A program made the translations under genes and the position numbers. Below the pieces are notes generated by a model, which saw only the letters and a list, made by a program, of their open reading frames with translations, ran no database searches and was not told where the DNA came from. This document shows, one piece after another, positions 37,379-51,486 of a stretch of DNA of 64,000 nt (its first letter is position 1; each line of letters opens with the position of its first letter). Source of the DNA: Octopus sinensis. Taxonomy: Eukaryota. The stretch covers positions 72,726,001 to 72,790,000 of the forward strand of contig NC_042997.1 of the NCBI RefSeq assembly GCF_006345805.1. Reading direction: 5' to 3'.

Positions 37379-38245
37379 AAGTGAGAGATGTTAATACTAC
37401 ATTGATCAGGTTGAATGGCTTCTTAAGGGCCACGTATAGAATACTGGATAGAAACCCCGTACTAAATTACTCTTTCTACAGAATGTTGAACTGGAGATTA
37501 ATGATTTAAATCTGGGTTGTTCTACATGCCTTCAGCTATCTAATCAAATCATAATTACATAACTATACAAGGTTATATAATAACTGCCGAATGTTACAAA
37601 GCATCGTGATGTAGTTTCAATTCACGGCCGCAGTTTACGTTAGTCGGTAATGTTCTTCCCAGAAAATACACGACCCTTACACATTGCTACCTTCTAAAAG
37701 TGAGATTGTAAAAATATATTACTATATATATTTGCAGTTGACTCTTTCCTGTTTAAAAACTTTTCTGCTCATTAAGTATACAAAATAATATTGAAATACT
37801 CTCACACAAAAATTGGTCAGGTCCCGATCAGAATAATCTTTACTCTATAACTTCAAGACAGTAGTGACGGTGCAGACAGTATAGAGTTAAACTAATGTTT
37901 CACAAACATCAGTGTTTCTCCGTATCAGGCGTAAATTTCATTCACAACTTGACTGTCTTGAATGCAACATAGATGCGGTCGGTCAGGAGAATCTACTACT
38001 CCATAACGCATTCCATCAGCTATTGCAATTCCATTGAACACCTAAAGATGGTAGGAATAACTATGGGAGAGAAACGATTAAATGATATGAAGATACAGGC
38101 TACTATATGAAGACTTTTCGTCATTAATTTTGGTGTGTGTTATCTGCTTCTATGTAGGGTATTGCTGTGCTATATTCAGATCCACTATTACGATTAGTGC
38201 AGATTTATACAAAAAATAAACCTTATTCACATACAGAAACGAGTT

Positions 38246-38518
38246 GATATTGCGTGAGTTTGCGGCCCTTTTCTTTCTGATTCCAAATCTCGCCTGTATC
38301 GACTTCTCATTTATTTTTCTGCTGTCTCGATGAAGTATCAATCAGGAACTGAGATCTTATACAGATTCCCTAAGCGTTTCAACACACCTGTACCAATACA
38401 TTGTATATATCTACAGAGAGATCTCTGTACTGATACTTCATCGAGAGAGCAGAAAAATAAAGGAAAAGTCGATCATGCGAGATTTGAAATCAGAAAGAAA
38501 GGGCTGCAACTAAATATC
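38246..38518. mobile_element. MITE-like foldback element, ~110-bp imperfect arms
   Basis: CCCTTTTCTTTCTGATTCCAAATCTCGC...TCGATGAAGTATCA mirrors TGATACTTCATCGA...GCGAGATTTGAAATCAGAAAGAAAGGG. Confidence 0.8.
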
Positions 38519-38593
38519 ACATAGAATTTTTGTCAGACGCTCACGCGATACCTCCAATCCACTGAGATTTGTATTGTTATTTTGTTTACTTAC

Positions 38594-38718
<125 letters not shown>

Positions 38719-38727
38719 TATGTGTGT

Positions 38728-38770
<43 letters not shown>

Positions 38771-39457
38771 ACACTTTTGTGGATATCGAGAAGGCAATGA
38801 GATTCGCAGTGAGTCCATTGCACACTAAAAGACTTCGCCAGTTTTGGTTGTTTTTCTGTCTTCAATTAAAGTCGCTCTCTCACATACAGACATCCACTTC
38901 CGTGTGAATATTTTACTTGACAAGTAAATACGCCATGAGGCGTATTTACTGAAGTTGTTGATGACAGAAAAGTAATTTATCGCTCTATATATAGCCCTAT
39001 GGACATCCCAATCTTCATTTTCCTGACTTTCCAGAAATTTGAAACGTACCCCCATACTAGAGTATCCTGCCAGAAGAATTGATATATTATTAACTTGCGT
39101 CTTCAGACAGATGCTCACTCCATCTTGTCTGGTTTAGTATTGTTCATAAACGTCAGAAATGTCATTTTTATTCATTTGATACTCGCCATTTAGATTTCTT
39201 TTTCTCCCGATCTCTCCTTTTCACTTCGCGCGTGCAAAACTGTCTGTCTGTGCGTATATGTGTATATGTGTGTATGTGTCTATGTGTGTATGTGCATGTG
39301 TATACATGTACGTATGTGTGTTTGTGTAGATATTTGCCGGTGTTTTTATTTTCTAATTTCTCTCTTAGTCTCTTCTCCTTTGCCTCTTCTATCATGCCAA
39401 TTTGTATACATATATCTCCATAGACACACACACAAGTACAAACGAGTGCAGACAAAT

Positions 39458-39552
<95 letters not shown>

Positions 39553-39756
39553 CTTTCTTATATATGTGTGTGCATACATTTACATACATTCGAGCATATA
39601 CATAGATATACAAATACTTTTATTTTATTTTATTTTATTTTATATAACTCAAAGGTTATGACCATGCTGGAGCATTGCCAGATGTGTATACTTGCATATA
39701 AATGCATATATAAAAACACTGACAATTACATAAGCATATGTACATAATACACACAC

Positions 39757-40500
39757 AGTGTGCGATGGGTAAATTGTCGCCATTTTATATTCTTAATTTC
39801 GTACATGCACATTGTTTTTGATTTTGTCGTCTACACAGTATAGTAGGGTCAGCTGAACACCGTCTGTGAGATAAACAGCACCATGACGCAATTCACTCTC
39901 CTAGAAATTTTGAACCAACATGCTGTACTGCATGGCATTCGCGCCGAAAGCTCCAATACGAACATTTCAGAATGTTTGGGTGTCAATCTGAGGACAGTGC
40001 AGATGATTCGGAAAGAGTCGGATGAGTCTAGTGGTGATTAAGAACTCATGAATTTGTTGGTGATATCCAAGCCATGACAACGTTCCTTCCAAATCTATCA
40101 GGTCCATCGCCAGCGACATGAGAGTGTCTGAGTTACTTACCAAATGTGAAAACATTCGGTATTCCTCATACAAGATTAGAAATGATCAATTTTTATCCCA
40201 CAAGGACAAGAGGGAAGACCACGCTACGAAGCTTTTGAATAAACTCCAGCATCCCCGCCAACCAAACACGCTTTGGCTTTTCTCGGACGAGAAAATTTCT
40301 GCCAGGATCAGATGGTAAACACAGAAGAATCGTTGGCTTGCTGTTTCCCCAAAACATGTATCCAGATTGATAAAAATCAATCATCCCGTCAACATGATGA
40401 TTTTGGAGTGATCACTAGTGATGGCGACATTATACCTCCATTCATCTTCCCACACGGCCTCACACTGGAGGAGGGTGGCCTGGGTCAAAAGAGTGGCTGC
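39757..40500 (+). mobile_element. maT/DD37D-like transposase remnant
   Basis: TA-CAGTGTGCGATGGGTAAATTGTCGCC end, HTH ISECLGVNLRTVQMIRKE, WLFSDEKNFCQDQ and GVITSDGDIIPPFIF; homologous to 31764-32740. Confidence 0.7.
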
Positions 40501-41122
40501 TGGAAGTAGCATTTCGGCCTAAGAGACCTAAAATAAATATTAGGGTAGACTTGTGCGATTTAAACCTTTGACGGCGGTGTCCCAGTATGGCCACAGTTCA
40601 ATGACTGAAACAAATAAAAGACAAAATAAAAGATGTATCAGTATATGGAAACAGATACATATACCAAATTTAGGTCGGATGAGTCAATTGGCACTATGCA
40701 CATGTTCTTGAGAAGTTCAAAATATTTCATTCTTACATGAAAACGGTCCACAATTTTTTTTTGCTATTTGTTTACACATATTTTTATATATAACTGCGCA
40801 TAAAACTGATTGATAATTGATGTATGCATTCAAGTAGAAAGATATGTATAAAAGAAACATTGCAAAAAAAATTACAGTTCGCTTTATAGAACCTGGACGT
40901 TTTAGAGATAAAAGATATGTAAGGGCGGAATTTCGATACTTATCTTTAGTTTTATATATTTTCAGCAAGGTGGGAAGCGACAATATAAAATATAAAACAA
41001 CGTCTTGTATAGGTGAAAGTCAATATGAAATATGCTACAGTTGTTGACGGAAATATTCGTAAGTCAAGAAAGATACAAAATTAGTTTACACTTACACTTA
41101 TACATACTGATAGCAAAATATG

Positions 41123-42374
41123 TACGAGGGGCGTTCAATAAGTAATGCCCCTGACCCACTTCCCATAGCAGTAGAGCAACGACACTTGGCACAGTTATTA
41201 GTCTTTTCCTACATAGGAACTACCCAGAGTTATGCATTTCTCCCATCGTTTGATACAGCTCTGGAGACCGTTTTTGTAGAAGACCCCAGCTTGGTCCTCC
41301 AACCACGACGTGACTTCAGAAATCAAGGCTGCATCATCTGGGAAACGCTTTCCTTTCAAAATCAACTTCATGGCTGGGAAGAGGTGAAAATCAGAGGGTG
41401 CAAGGGGAGGAGTTCATAGCTGCACGCCTGTGCTTCTGATCTGGCGACACGCGAGTTGTGGACCGGAGCGTTGTCCTGCAGGAGGAGGATGCCTTTGCTG
41501 ATCTTGCCCCGCCTCTTGATTTTGATAGCTTCTCTTAATTTCCTCAAAAGTGAAGCATAATAGGCTCCTGTAATTGTGGTACCCTTTGCCAGGAAATCTG
41601 TCATCACTACTCCGTCCTGGTCCTAGAAGCCTGTGAGCATAACCTTGCCTTCTTTGGAGGAGGTGAGTCACGGTGCTTTCACTGCATTGACTGGGCTTTG
41701 GTCTATGGATCATAGTGATGGACCCAGGTTTTATTCTGTGTGATCAGTCTTTTGAAAAATTTTGACTCATCTTCTTGGCACATCTCCAAATTCATCCTCG
41801 AGCACTCAACGCGTTCTTGCTTCTGGAAAGGTGTGAGCAACCTGGAAATCCATCTGGCAGACACCTTTTGCATATGCAAATGGTCATGAATGATAGTTTC
41901 CACAGACTCGGTACTAATCTTGACTTTATGGGCTATTTGGCGAATAGTTATGTGTTGACCTTCCAAAATGGCAGCCTCAACTTGACGGACAGACGTCTCA
42001 TCAACGGCAGAAGGGGGCGACCAGATCTGGGAGCTGTTTCTACAGAGTTCCGACTATGTTTGAATTCACAATGCCAGCGTTTTACAAGGTCATATGATGG
42101 GGCATCATCATCATAAGTTACTTTCATTTCATCAAAAGTCTCCTGTGGTGTGCGTCCTTTCAAATACAAAAACCAGATCACTGCTCGACACTCAACAGGC
42201 TCCATTTCACACTTGACTCAGTTCAAACACCTGTAAATCAGAAACCACAATTAGTTCAGAGCTGTAATTCGCCACTTAATCTATAGAGGTATAAATAAGT
42301 GCACATGCAAAATTTTTACTAGATCAAACAACTGCAAGTGGGTCAGGGGCATTACTTATTGAACGCCCCTCGTA
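41123..42374 (-). mobile_element. Full-length mariner with perfect 37-bp TIRs and TA target duplication; transposase disabled
   Basis: TA-CGAGGGGCGTTCAATAAGTAATGCCCCTGACCCACTT at both ends. Reads MEPVECRAVIWFL..SGRP, TQNKTWVHHYDP and LLQDNAPVH; the HPPYSPD segment is deleted. Confidence 0.95.
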
Positions 42375-42469
42375 TACAAAAAGATTTAAAAAATGATTTA
42401 CCAATGTGTCAAACAATACCAGAAAATTTTCATATTCATATTTCAAACAACACACACACACAAACATAT

Positions 42470-42470
42470 T

Positions 42471-42541
<71 letters not shown>

Positions 42542-42562
42542 GATAAATAGATAGATAGATAA

Positions 42563-42648
<86 letters not shown>
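42470..42648. repeat. (GATA)n microsatellite
   Basis: Directly visible. Confidence 0.97.
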
Positions 42649-42649
<1 letters not shown>

Positions 42650-42761
42650 TGCATACATTTGATTAGAGGGTGGTCAATATAAAACGAAGATCATACAACA
42701 TAAGATTCTAATTAATAGAGTATAATATACAAATACATACATACATAAACGCACACGCACC

Positions 42762-42815
<54 letters not shown>

Positions 42816-43823
42816 TATATATGCGTGTGTATGTATTTCCTGTATAGATATTTTTTTAATATATTTGTCTACTTATTCTTGGTTTTTGATTCGTTTCAAA
42901 TATGGTCATTCTGTAAAGGGTGGAAGTCTGCCAAATACATCTATCACCTGCTACTATATAATGCTAATTCCAGTGGTGTTCTGAAGCTTGACTTAGCATG
43001 ATTCGTTCTCATGTGCAGTATGTTCATTACGTTACACCACTGTACCTTTCTGCATATTAATTCATATGCGTGTCGGAGGAAGATGCGTTGATGGAACAAG
43101 ACACAAATTACAAGATAATTGTCAGCAAATGGAATGAACTTTTTTTTCCCTTCTTACATTGTGTGTGTGTGTATACATATATGCATGCATACAGTTCTAT
43201 TTATACGTACATACAAAGATATTTGCACCGATACACATATGTATTCATATGTATACGTACATGCACGAATGCACACACATATAGAGCAATATTAAAATTA
43301 ATATTACATATACGTGGATCTTAATAATGATAGGTTTCAAAAATGTTTACAAATAGTAGGTACATAATTGCCATTCGTTTTCTGGGAAAACGAATTGTTT
43401 TTGCAGAAAATTCTAAGGAATAAGTAATTACGATTATCAACATTACTCAGAACACAGTCGTTATTCAGCAATTTCAGTTTGATAGATTTTTGAGGTCTTT
43501 AAGTCTTTTTACGAAATCTAATTAGCCATTCATAAGTATGGTTAATCATTATAGTTTTTTTTTTACCGTGCAAATATATGAGAGATCGCCTCAAAAAGAG
43601 TCATCATATGTGTATATATAACGATAATCTCTGCACATATAATATGGTAATACAAGGTTTAATACGAAAAGATATTTAAATGAAAATCCATCCAAACTCC
43701 GTTTCACTATGACCATCAATAAATATCGAGGAAAATCATTGGAAGTTGTTAGGCAAATCCTGCTTTTTCACATGATCAACACTATTTCGTAGTAATTCTT
43801 ACTTAAATAGCAATTATATAGAT

Positions 43824-44078
43824 CAGTCGTTCTCAACCGGGATCTATATAACCCTTGGGGGTCCATATAAGATTTTGTTGTTAAAATTTATGTGAAATAA
43901 ACAAGTTGTACTTCCACAACAAACGAAATATTTTAACAGTCTTTTGATACATTTCCTAATACTATCTAATTATAAAATTATAACAGGATTTTTTAAAACA
44001 TTGAATAGCTGTGAGGGTCCTCTAGAGTAAGATAGGAATCAAAGGAGTCCATAAGTGAAAAATGATTAAGAGACACTG
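43824..44078. mobile_element. hAT-type MITE
   Basis: Ends CAGTCGTTCTCAACC and GATTAAGAGACACTG. 8-bp flanks ATATAGAT / ATATAGAA match at 7 of 8. Confidence 0.7.
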
Positions 44079-45149
44079 ATATAGAAGGATCCCAATTCTT
44101 TATATAGTTTGTAATGCATGACAAAATCAACACGTTACTGCATAGTGTTAGTTTAAATAAGATAACCTGAATATCACTGTGTATCTCGGTTAGTATATAG
44201 ATTAATAAATTTAGATACATATATATATATACAATAGATTTATTTATTATGTACGGAAATATATCTAAGTATTAGTGCAGCTACAAATTTATTTCTTTTA
44301 TTGCTTCAACTATCAACTATATACACAAGTAAAACCACTTGAGCGTAAATTCCCACTTATTTTCGTCCTTGACAAAGAAACATCTGTCTTTCCACTAAAT
44401 ACAAGTTTTCCTATATTTGTGTGTTCACCAATTTCTCACTGTGACTTTCATGGGAATTTTAATAACAAAATTTTTTATAGAAAAACATTTTATCTGCAGA
44501 AGTTTTTCCATAGAAGATGCTATATTTTTTTAAAACATTGTTATCGGCTCATACTTGGAAACAGTAATATTTCTAAATTGCAAAAGTTCTTTTAATATGA
44601 TTCTAGCAGAGCCAATCGGTGTGTGTATAATAATTTTTCAAATAGCTTCAGTTTCACAGTTCCCGCCCATCAAATTCTCTCACAATGTATTGATTAACGC
44701 AGGGTTACAGAAAAATAAAACACTTATCCGAGGTGTTGGACACTGGGTTCGAAATCGAAATGATGCTATTGGAAAGTGATCGTAGTTACCATTAATTATG
44801 CCTTCACCTACATATATACAAATATATAACTATTTGGTTTTAAAGATGACTGCTGGTATGAATGAGAATCATTAGAAGCAGAAATTTTATGCAAGTTTAA
44901 TTGCATAGTATTCTGAAGACAAAACTTTAAATAATACATTGGAAAAACTTCATTGAAGAAGTTTGATTAATTGATGTCTGCAACATGACATGTTAAAATA
45001 ATGTTGCACATAATACACGCTCATATATGGGCACACGTTCTTAATATCAGTTGAGATTGTACAGACATTCTCATTTATCATACATCACTTATTCGTAGAA
45101 TACATAACAAATTATCTGCACAGTTCTATATTTAAGAGATGAGGAATTA

Positions 45150-45263
45150 TGTACATTATTTACATTTGATGGATATTTGTTCTCATCTTGTTTGTTTTTA
45201 ATCTTCATCAGGTGTCTAGGGGAAATTTCGAACCTGGGTTCTCGTTCCTAAAGTATATTTCGC
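45150..45263 (-). mobile_element. Penelope-like terminal fragment with broken hammerhead
   Basis: Reverse complement AGGTTCGAAATTTCCCCTAGACACCTGATGAAG...AAACAAGATGAGAACAAATATCC. CTGATGA is present; helix II and GAAA are missing. Confidence 0.55.
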
Positions 45264-45278
45264 TATTATTATTATTAT

Positions 45279-45352
<74 letters not shown>

Positions 45353-45382
45353 TTATTATTATTATTATTATTGTTATTATCA

Positions 45383-45937
45383 TTGAGTGAGAGAGCAGTG
45401 CATGCCATCAAAGTGACACTGGGGTAAAATATACGAAGCCCAGTATACTCATCATGACTATCTGTCTGATAAGGGTACACTAGACATATGCATCACAACC
45501 ATATGTACGCGAAATGATCTCATATCAAGATAAACAGCACATGACCTTGCAAGTTGGGCCCAGTTAAAATTTTCTTCTGGTCGAGTAGCCCATCCCGCTC
45601 AAAAAGTCCCTGAATAAGGATTATTTGAAGACGTTGAACGAATCACCAATGTTTCCAAAGATAAATTATCCAAACCTCTATGAATTCCTTTCAACACATG
45701 GCTATGATGCTCCCCCACTACTGCTGCTCGTGATCAGAGATGCACATATCGTCAGCCACCGGTTAAGACATACTCAACTGGTTAAGGTCAAACAACTGAC
45801 AAGCAAATCTGTGGTATTGAGCAGAATATTTGCGGTAGGCCATCTTTTATACCGAGAAAAAACAATGTACATAATAATACTTCCAATCAGTTAAGATCAG
45901 AAGCCACGAGAGCCACTGCCTGGTACTGCATCAGTGC

Positions 45938-45988
<51 letters not shown>

Positions 45989-46564
45989 CATTATTATTAT
46001 TATTATTGAGTGAGAGAGCAGTGCATGCCATCAAAGTGACACTGGGGTAAAATATACGAAGCCCAATATACCCATCATGACTACCCGTCTGATAAAGGTA
46101 CACCAGGCACATGCATCACAACCATATGTGCGCGACATGGTGATCTCATATCAAGATAAACAGCACATGACCTTGCAGGTGGGGCCCAGTTAGAATTTTC
46201 TTCAGGTTGAGTAGCCCATCCCACTCAAAAGGTCTCTGAATAAGGGTTGTTTAAGGATGTTGAAAGAACCACCCATGTTTCCAGAGGTGAATTATTCAAA
46301 CCCCAAAGAATCCCCCCCAACACATGGCTATGATGCTCCCCCACTACTTCTGCTCGTGATCAGAGATGCACATATCGTCAGCCACTAAGGGACATGCTCA
46401 ACTGGTTAAGGTCAAACAACTGACAAGCAAATCTGTGGTATTGAGCAGAATATTTGCTGTAGCCCATCTTTTATACCAAGACAAAACAATGTACATGATA
46501 ACACTTCCAATCAGTTAAGATCAGAAGCCATGAGAGCCACTGCCTGGTACTGCATCAGGGCATT
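45383..46564 (-). repeat. Two diverged ~558-bp tandem units separated and flanked by (TAA)n
   Basis: TTGAGTGAGAGAGCAGTGCATGCC...GGTACTGCATCAG at 45383-45940 and 46006-46564. Confidence 0.9.
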
Positions 46565-46577
46565 ATTATTATTATTA

Positions 46578-46611
<34 letters not shown>

Positions 46612-46613
<2 letters not shown>

Positions 46614-46686
46614 AGTCACTGGAATCGAACTCGGAATCTTGGGGTTAGTAATCCTAGCTCTTAACCACTACGCCATATGCCCACGG
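46612..46686 (-). mobile_element. Short tRNA-like SINE head with (TAA)n tail
   Basis: Reverse complement GGGCATATGGCGTAGTGGTTAAGAGC...GAGTTCGATTCCAG shows A and B boxes but no complete cloverleaf. Confidence 0.65.
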
Positions 46687-46688
46687 GC

Positions 46689-46800
46689 AGGTTCGAAATT
46701 TCCCCCAAGACATCTGATGAAGACTGGAGAGTATATTAAATGTTGTGTTAACAACAAAAAGATGAGAGCAAATATCCGTCAAATATAAATGATGTAAATA
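46689..46800 (+). mobile_element. Penelope-like terminal fragment with broken hammerhead (inverted relative to 45150-45263)
   Basis: AGGTTCGAAATTTCCCCCAAGACATCTGATGAAGACTGGAGAGTATAT..TGTTGTGTTAACAAC..GATGAGAGCAAATATCC; no GAAA after helix II. Confidence 0.55.
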
Positions 46801-46929
46801 AAATTATCTATTGAAGACATTGAAGCTTGTGAGATTTTACGTGACTGTAAGTATGAACATATCAGTTAGAAAGAGGTAGGAATAAAACCAGAAAATAATG
46901 AGAAAAAATAGAGAGAGAGACGCAGACAG

Positions 46930-47004
<75 letters not shown>

Positions 47005-47624
47005 AAAGATAGGGAAATTAGATTAAAACAAAGATTTAACTAAAACAAAAATCAGACACAACCGATTAATTCTATTTTACTGGTACAAGAGTGATTCTAA
47101 AGTGAACTAGGTTTCCGGTTCCAACAAGACTAAACAAGTGTAAACAGCATCCAAACTTGATGGAATCGAGTATTTCAGTTTGTTTCCATTTAGATATATA
47201 TTCAATAGATTTATTCATTATGTACGTAAATATATCTAAGTATTAGTGCAGTTACAAATTTATTGCTTCAACTATCAACTATATGCACAAGTAAAACCAC
47301 TATGTTTCACTTTATTTTCTTGTAATTCTAAATGGACCCGCAACGCATAAAACAGAAGTATGTCATATTCAACGAAAGCTCCGAGAGAGACAAAATTTCT
47401 TGTACTGTGGTATTTGAAACTGCAAAAAGACTTTTTGATAACAAGATATGACTTCTTTAATGAGGGAATTTAATAACGTTGTTTCTCCAGTATATACCGG
47501 CAATATACTCTGCATATGGTTAAGGCGGCGAGCTGACATTTCGTCCATCTTTACATTCTGAGTTCAAATGCCGCCGGGATCGACTTTCCTTTCATCCTTT
47601 CGGGTATATATGTGTGTATGTATA

Positions 47625-47957
47625 GTGACCCCCTTCGGTCAGACACTGACCATGGGTTTGCACCTAGAGAGTTACCCTCTGAGGCACAAGTCTGGGCAAG
47701 GTTGCTTTTTTTTATGGAAGACCAGCAGTCGCCCATGCATACCGGCCTCCCCTCTCCACGTCACCGATGTTGTCCAAGGGAAAGGCAAGGGCCGATACAG
47801 CTTGGCACCTGTGACGTCGCAACTCATTTCTACAGCTGAGTGAACTGGAGCAACGTGAAATAAAGTGTCTTGCTCAAGAACACAACACGCAGCCCGGTCC
47901 GGGATTCGAGCTCACAACCTCACGATCGTGAGCTCGACGCTCTAACCACTGAGCCAC
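47625..47957 (-). mobile_element. tRNA-derived SINE (OK-like)
   Basis: Reverse complement CGTGGCTCAGTGGTTAGAGCG...GAGCTCGAATCCCGG..TTGTGTTCTTGAGCAAGACACTTTATTTCACG. A truncated OR-like head lies at 47520-47603 (+). Confidence 0.85.
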
Positions 47958-48018
47958 GTGTATGTATATATGTATGTATATAAGTATATACGCGTATATA
48001 TGTGTATATATATGTATA

Positions 48019-48068
<50 letters not shown>

Positions 48069-48121
48069 ATATACATATATATATACATATTTATATACAT
48101 ATGTGTGTGTGTATATATATG

Positions 48122-48152
<31 letters not shown>

Positions 48153-48218
48153 TATATATATATGTATATATATATGTAAGTAAATATATATATATGTATA
48201 TATATATATATGTATGGG

Positions 48219-48252
<34 letters not shown>

Positions 48253-48279
48253 GTGTGTGTGTGTGTGTATCTAAACTCT

Positions 48280-48613
48280 GTCGGTCACGAATGACCATGA
48301 GTGCACCTAAAAGTTTACCCTCCGGCGTACAAGACTGAGGGGAAAGTTGCCTCACCAGGGAACGCACAACACAGGGTTGTTTTTATGGAAGACCAGCAAG
48401 TCACCCATGCATACCAGCATCCCCTCTCCACGCCTCCGATGTTATCCAAGGGAAAGGCAAAAGCCGATACAGCTTGGCACCAATGGCGTTGCAACTCGTT
48501 TCTACAGCTGAGTGAAATAAAGTGTCTTGCTCAAGAACACAACACGCAGCCCGGTCCAGGAATCCAACTTACACCTCATGATCGTAAGCTTGACGCTCTA
48601 ACCACTGAGCCAT
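48280..48613 (-). mobile_element. tRNA-derived SINE (OK-like), second copy
   Basis: Colinear with 47625-47957; separated from it by a (TA)n-rich tract. Confidence 0.85.
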
Positions 48614-48799
48614 GAGTATTCATATGTATATAGTTGCATATCAGTGGAAAGACACCTGTTGTTATATTCTTGTTTGTATTTTTAATTGTGTACCATGTTC
48701 TCTGTCTTTTTTTTTTTGTCTTTCTTGTCGCACGTATTCGCAAGCTTTTTTACAAAAACTTCTAATGCTTTTAGCTTGGAGCAACCAGATCGAATAGCC

Positions 48800-48831
48800 T
48801 CAAGTGTAACTGTCAGAAACTGTAAGGGCAT
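48800..48831 (-). CDS. GPCR terminal coding exon (DALTVSDSYT*)
   Basis: cttctttcatcagtcaagttaccAG acceptor, phase 1, TGA at 48802-48800. Candidate ATTAAA at 48686-48681. Confidence 0.55.
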
Positions 48832-48995
48832 CTGGTAACTTGACTGATGAAAGAAGGCCACGAATGACCTGTCATTTTTTTCCTGTCCATCCAATTGCTT
48901 TTTTTCCTGTCTGCCTTCGTATCGCCTATCTGTCCGGTTATTTTATTGTCCTCTATTGCGTTTTTGTTCCATTTTATATTCATACACACACACAC

Positions 48996-49026
<31 letters not shown>

Positions 49027-49474
49027 TGTATGTATGATTGTATGTACGTATGATTGTATGTATGTATGCATGTATATATATGTATGTGTGTGTGTGTAAG
49101 TGTGTGTGTGTGTAAGTGTGTGTGTGTAAGTGTGTGTGTGTAAGTGTGTGTGTGTAAGTGTGTGTGTGTGGGGTGGGTGGATATGTATAGTGTGTTAGGT
49201 GTGATGTACAGAAATTGAATATTGGGAAAAAAAGTTGTCAGAATTTTGTTAAAAAATCTTTTTTATTTCTTCATTATTATTAGCGCTTTCGTTTCTTTCG
49301 TTCCTACATACACGTGTGTATATATATACACGTATACACGTGTATGTATGTATAAATATATACATATATATGTATATATGTAAGTATGAATATATGTATT
49401 CACGTATATATGTATGTATATATATATATATATATATATGTGTATATATATATATATGTGTGTGTATGTATTTG

Positions 49475-49544
<70 letters not shown>

Positions 49545-49562
49545 ATGTGTGTGTGTGTGTTT

Positions 49563-49596
<34 letters not shown>

Positions 49597-49599
49597 TTG

Positions 49600-49630
<31 letters not shown>

Positions 49631-50561
49631 GTATGTATGATTGTATGTATGTATGTATATATGTGTATATACAGGGGGTGTGAAAATAAGTAGACATTAA
49701 AAATTAGTAATAAAATCCATATTCCTTTTACAAATTTATTGAAACAAATGATACTTGTTCTTTATTACATGGGAAAATCAAAGTGAAATTGGCCGTTGAA
49801 CTTTATTAACTGCAGAGTAATTTCCGGCCTCGGCGCGCCAAAGTGAAGACATTTGAAAAATACACCCAAATATAATTTGTACATGCTCGATTTCGGTTGA
49901 GCGTTCTGTATCTAGTTCTGGATATCTGCGTGTTTGCGTACGTAGATATTAACAAGTAAAACCATTGGTACGTAGGTAATCGTTTTTTATTTCGTATATT
50001 TTCATTTGTCTTGCCCATTTTTACATTTAGGCATTTTGCTGAGATTTTTCTTGAGAACACATTCTTCGTGGTAATGGCGATTTGACGTCTATGTTTAGCA
50101 TACTAGGTGTCCACTTTAGTGGTCATCCTCTTAATTTTGTATATATATATATATATATTATGTATGTATCTATAAGTGTGTGTATGTGTATATATATGCA
50201 TGTGTGTGGGGGTTGTGTGGGTGTGTGTATGTGTGTGAATGCATGAAATATGAGGGGAATCTTGAAGTAACACGATTTTGCTTGCTGAACTTATACGAGC
50301 TACTCGAAAACGCACCCTCAGTGTAGTGAATGGAGTTTGGCCTGCAGACGTATGTCTATCAAGAGCTGGGCTCAATAGTCACCAGTGAAGCCACAAGCGT
50401 AAAGTACAATTTTCTCTGAACGCATTATGTGCAGCAATTATTTGAACGAAGTAAAGCATTGCTCATCTTACTATTGGACAAGATATTGAATGCCGGGTAT
50501 CTTCAATGAATGTGGAAGAAAAACAGTCACAATAACTCATTGCTGCTAATGTATCTTTTAC

Positions 50562-50591
50562 CTGCGGGGTTTGTCACGGCTGTTTTGCAGT
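50562..50591 (-). CDS. GPCR C-tail 30-bp exon (NCKTAVTNPA)
   Basis: cctttttAG / GTAAAA, phase 1-1, in frame with the exons on both sides. Confidence 0.6.
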
Positions 50592-51064
50592 CTAAAAAGG
50601 CCTTACAGCTACTTTTGCATGATTATTTGAGGAATTGAAGCAATGTGATTTTAAACAGAAATGCTTTTATAATATCAATGATGTAAATGATATTGGGAAT
50701 TTAACATTGTAGATATAAGCATTATAGTATAGATGTTATGAATAGAGGTAAAGTTTACTGAAAGAATATGTGACAGAGTGAGTGAGAGAAATAGAAAGTG
50801 AGAGAAAATGAAAACACGAAGAGAAGAGTGATAGTTGAGAGGTGGGTGTCTTCTACCTGGAACATTAAAAGAGAAGACAGAATGCATGTTTCTGTATTTT
50901 GGGCATCAAATTGATTTCAGTTCATATTGTTTCTTTATCTTTTTTTAGTCCGCTTTTTTTCCTGTTTTTATTCCGTTTTGCTTTTGTTTTTGTACTTTTT
51001 TTTATTTGAATTCACTTTTTAACGTGTCTTTTTTGTTATATGTGTTCAATTGTATCAGACTTAC

Positions 51065-51225
51065 TTCTAGAAAATTTACCAAACACTGAACACCACCTGT
51101 GAATGGTCATGCGGAAGACACGGCAGAACTTTCGGTTGAAAGCACAGTACATCACAAAATTCATGGAGTGGTTGACTGTCATTAGAAAATTCGAAAATGC
51201 TCGCAAAAATTTGAAGAGAGGTGTC
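51065..51225 (-). CDS. Rhodopsin-class GPCR, TM7/helix 8 exon
   Basis: 161 bp, ctctcatccacAG / GTAAGT, phase 2-1. Reads TPLFKFLRAFSNFLMTVNHSMNFVMYCAFNRKFCRVFRMTIHRWCSVFGKFSR. NxxxNFxxY is the TM7 variant typical of invertebrate FMRFamide/sex-peptide-receptor-like GPCRs. Confidence 0.88.
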
Positions 51226-51486
51226 CTGTGGATGAGAGAATTTCAATATTAGTAGCAGTAGTAGTAGTAGAATGTAGGGGAGGAAGAGAAAGGGGGAGTG
51301 GATGAATATTGAGGAAAATAACAATAAAGAATATTTCATTTGTATACAAATACACCCCCCCACACACACATACTAAAAAAAGATGAAATAATGATTTTTA
51401 AAACATCTTTTTGTTTTCTACCAAGCACTTGAAGATTTACATTCATATACAATTACAATAATGATGATATTATTGATTTAAAATTT

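Noticed and set aside
46300-46350. CTGACGA...GAAG in the 558-bp unit (- strand, extending to ~46385) as a hammerhead
   Set aside because: GAAG instead of GAAA, a weak helix II and no helix I.
46612-48613. Functional tRNA genes
   Set aside because: A and B boxes are present, but the acceptor stems are incomplete and the heads run into SINE bodies or tails.
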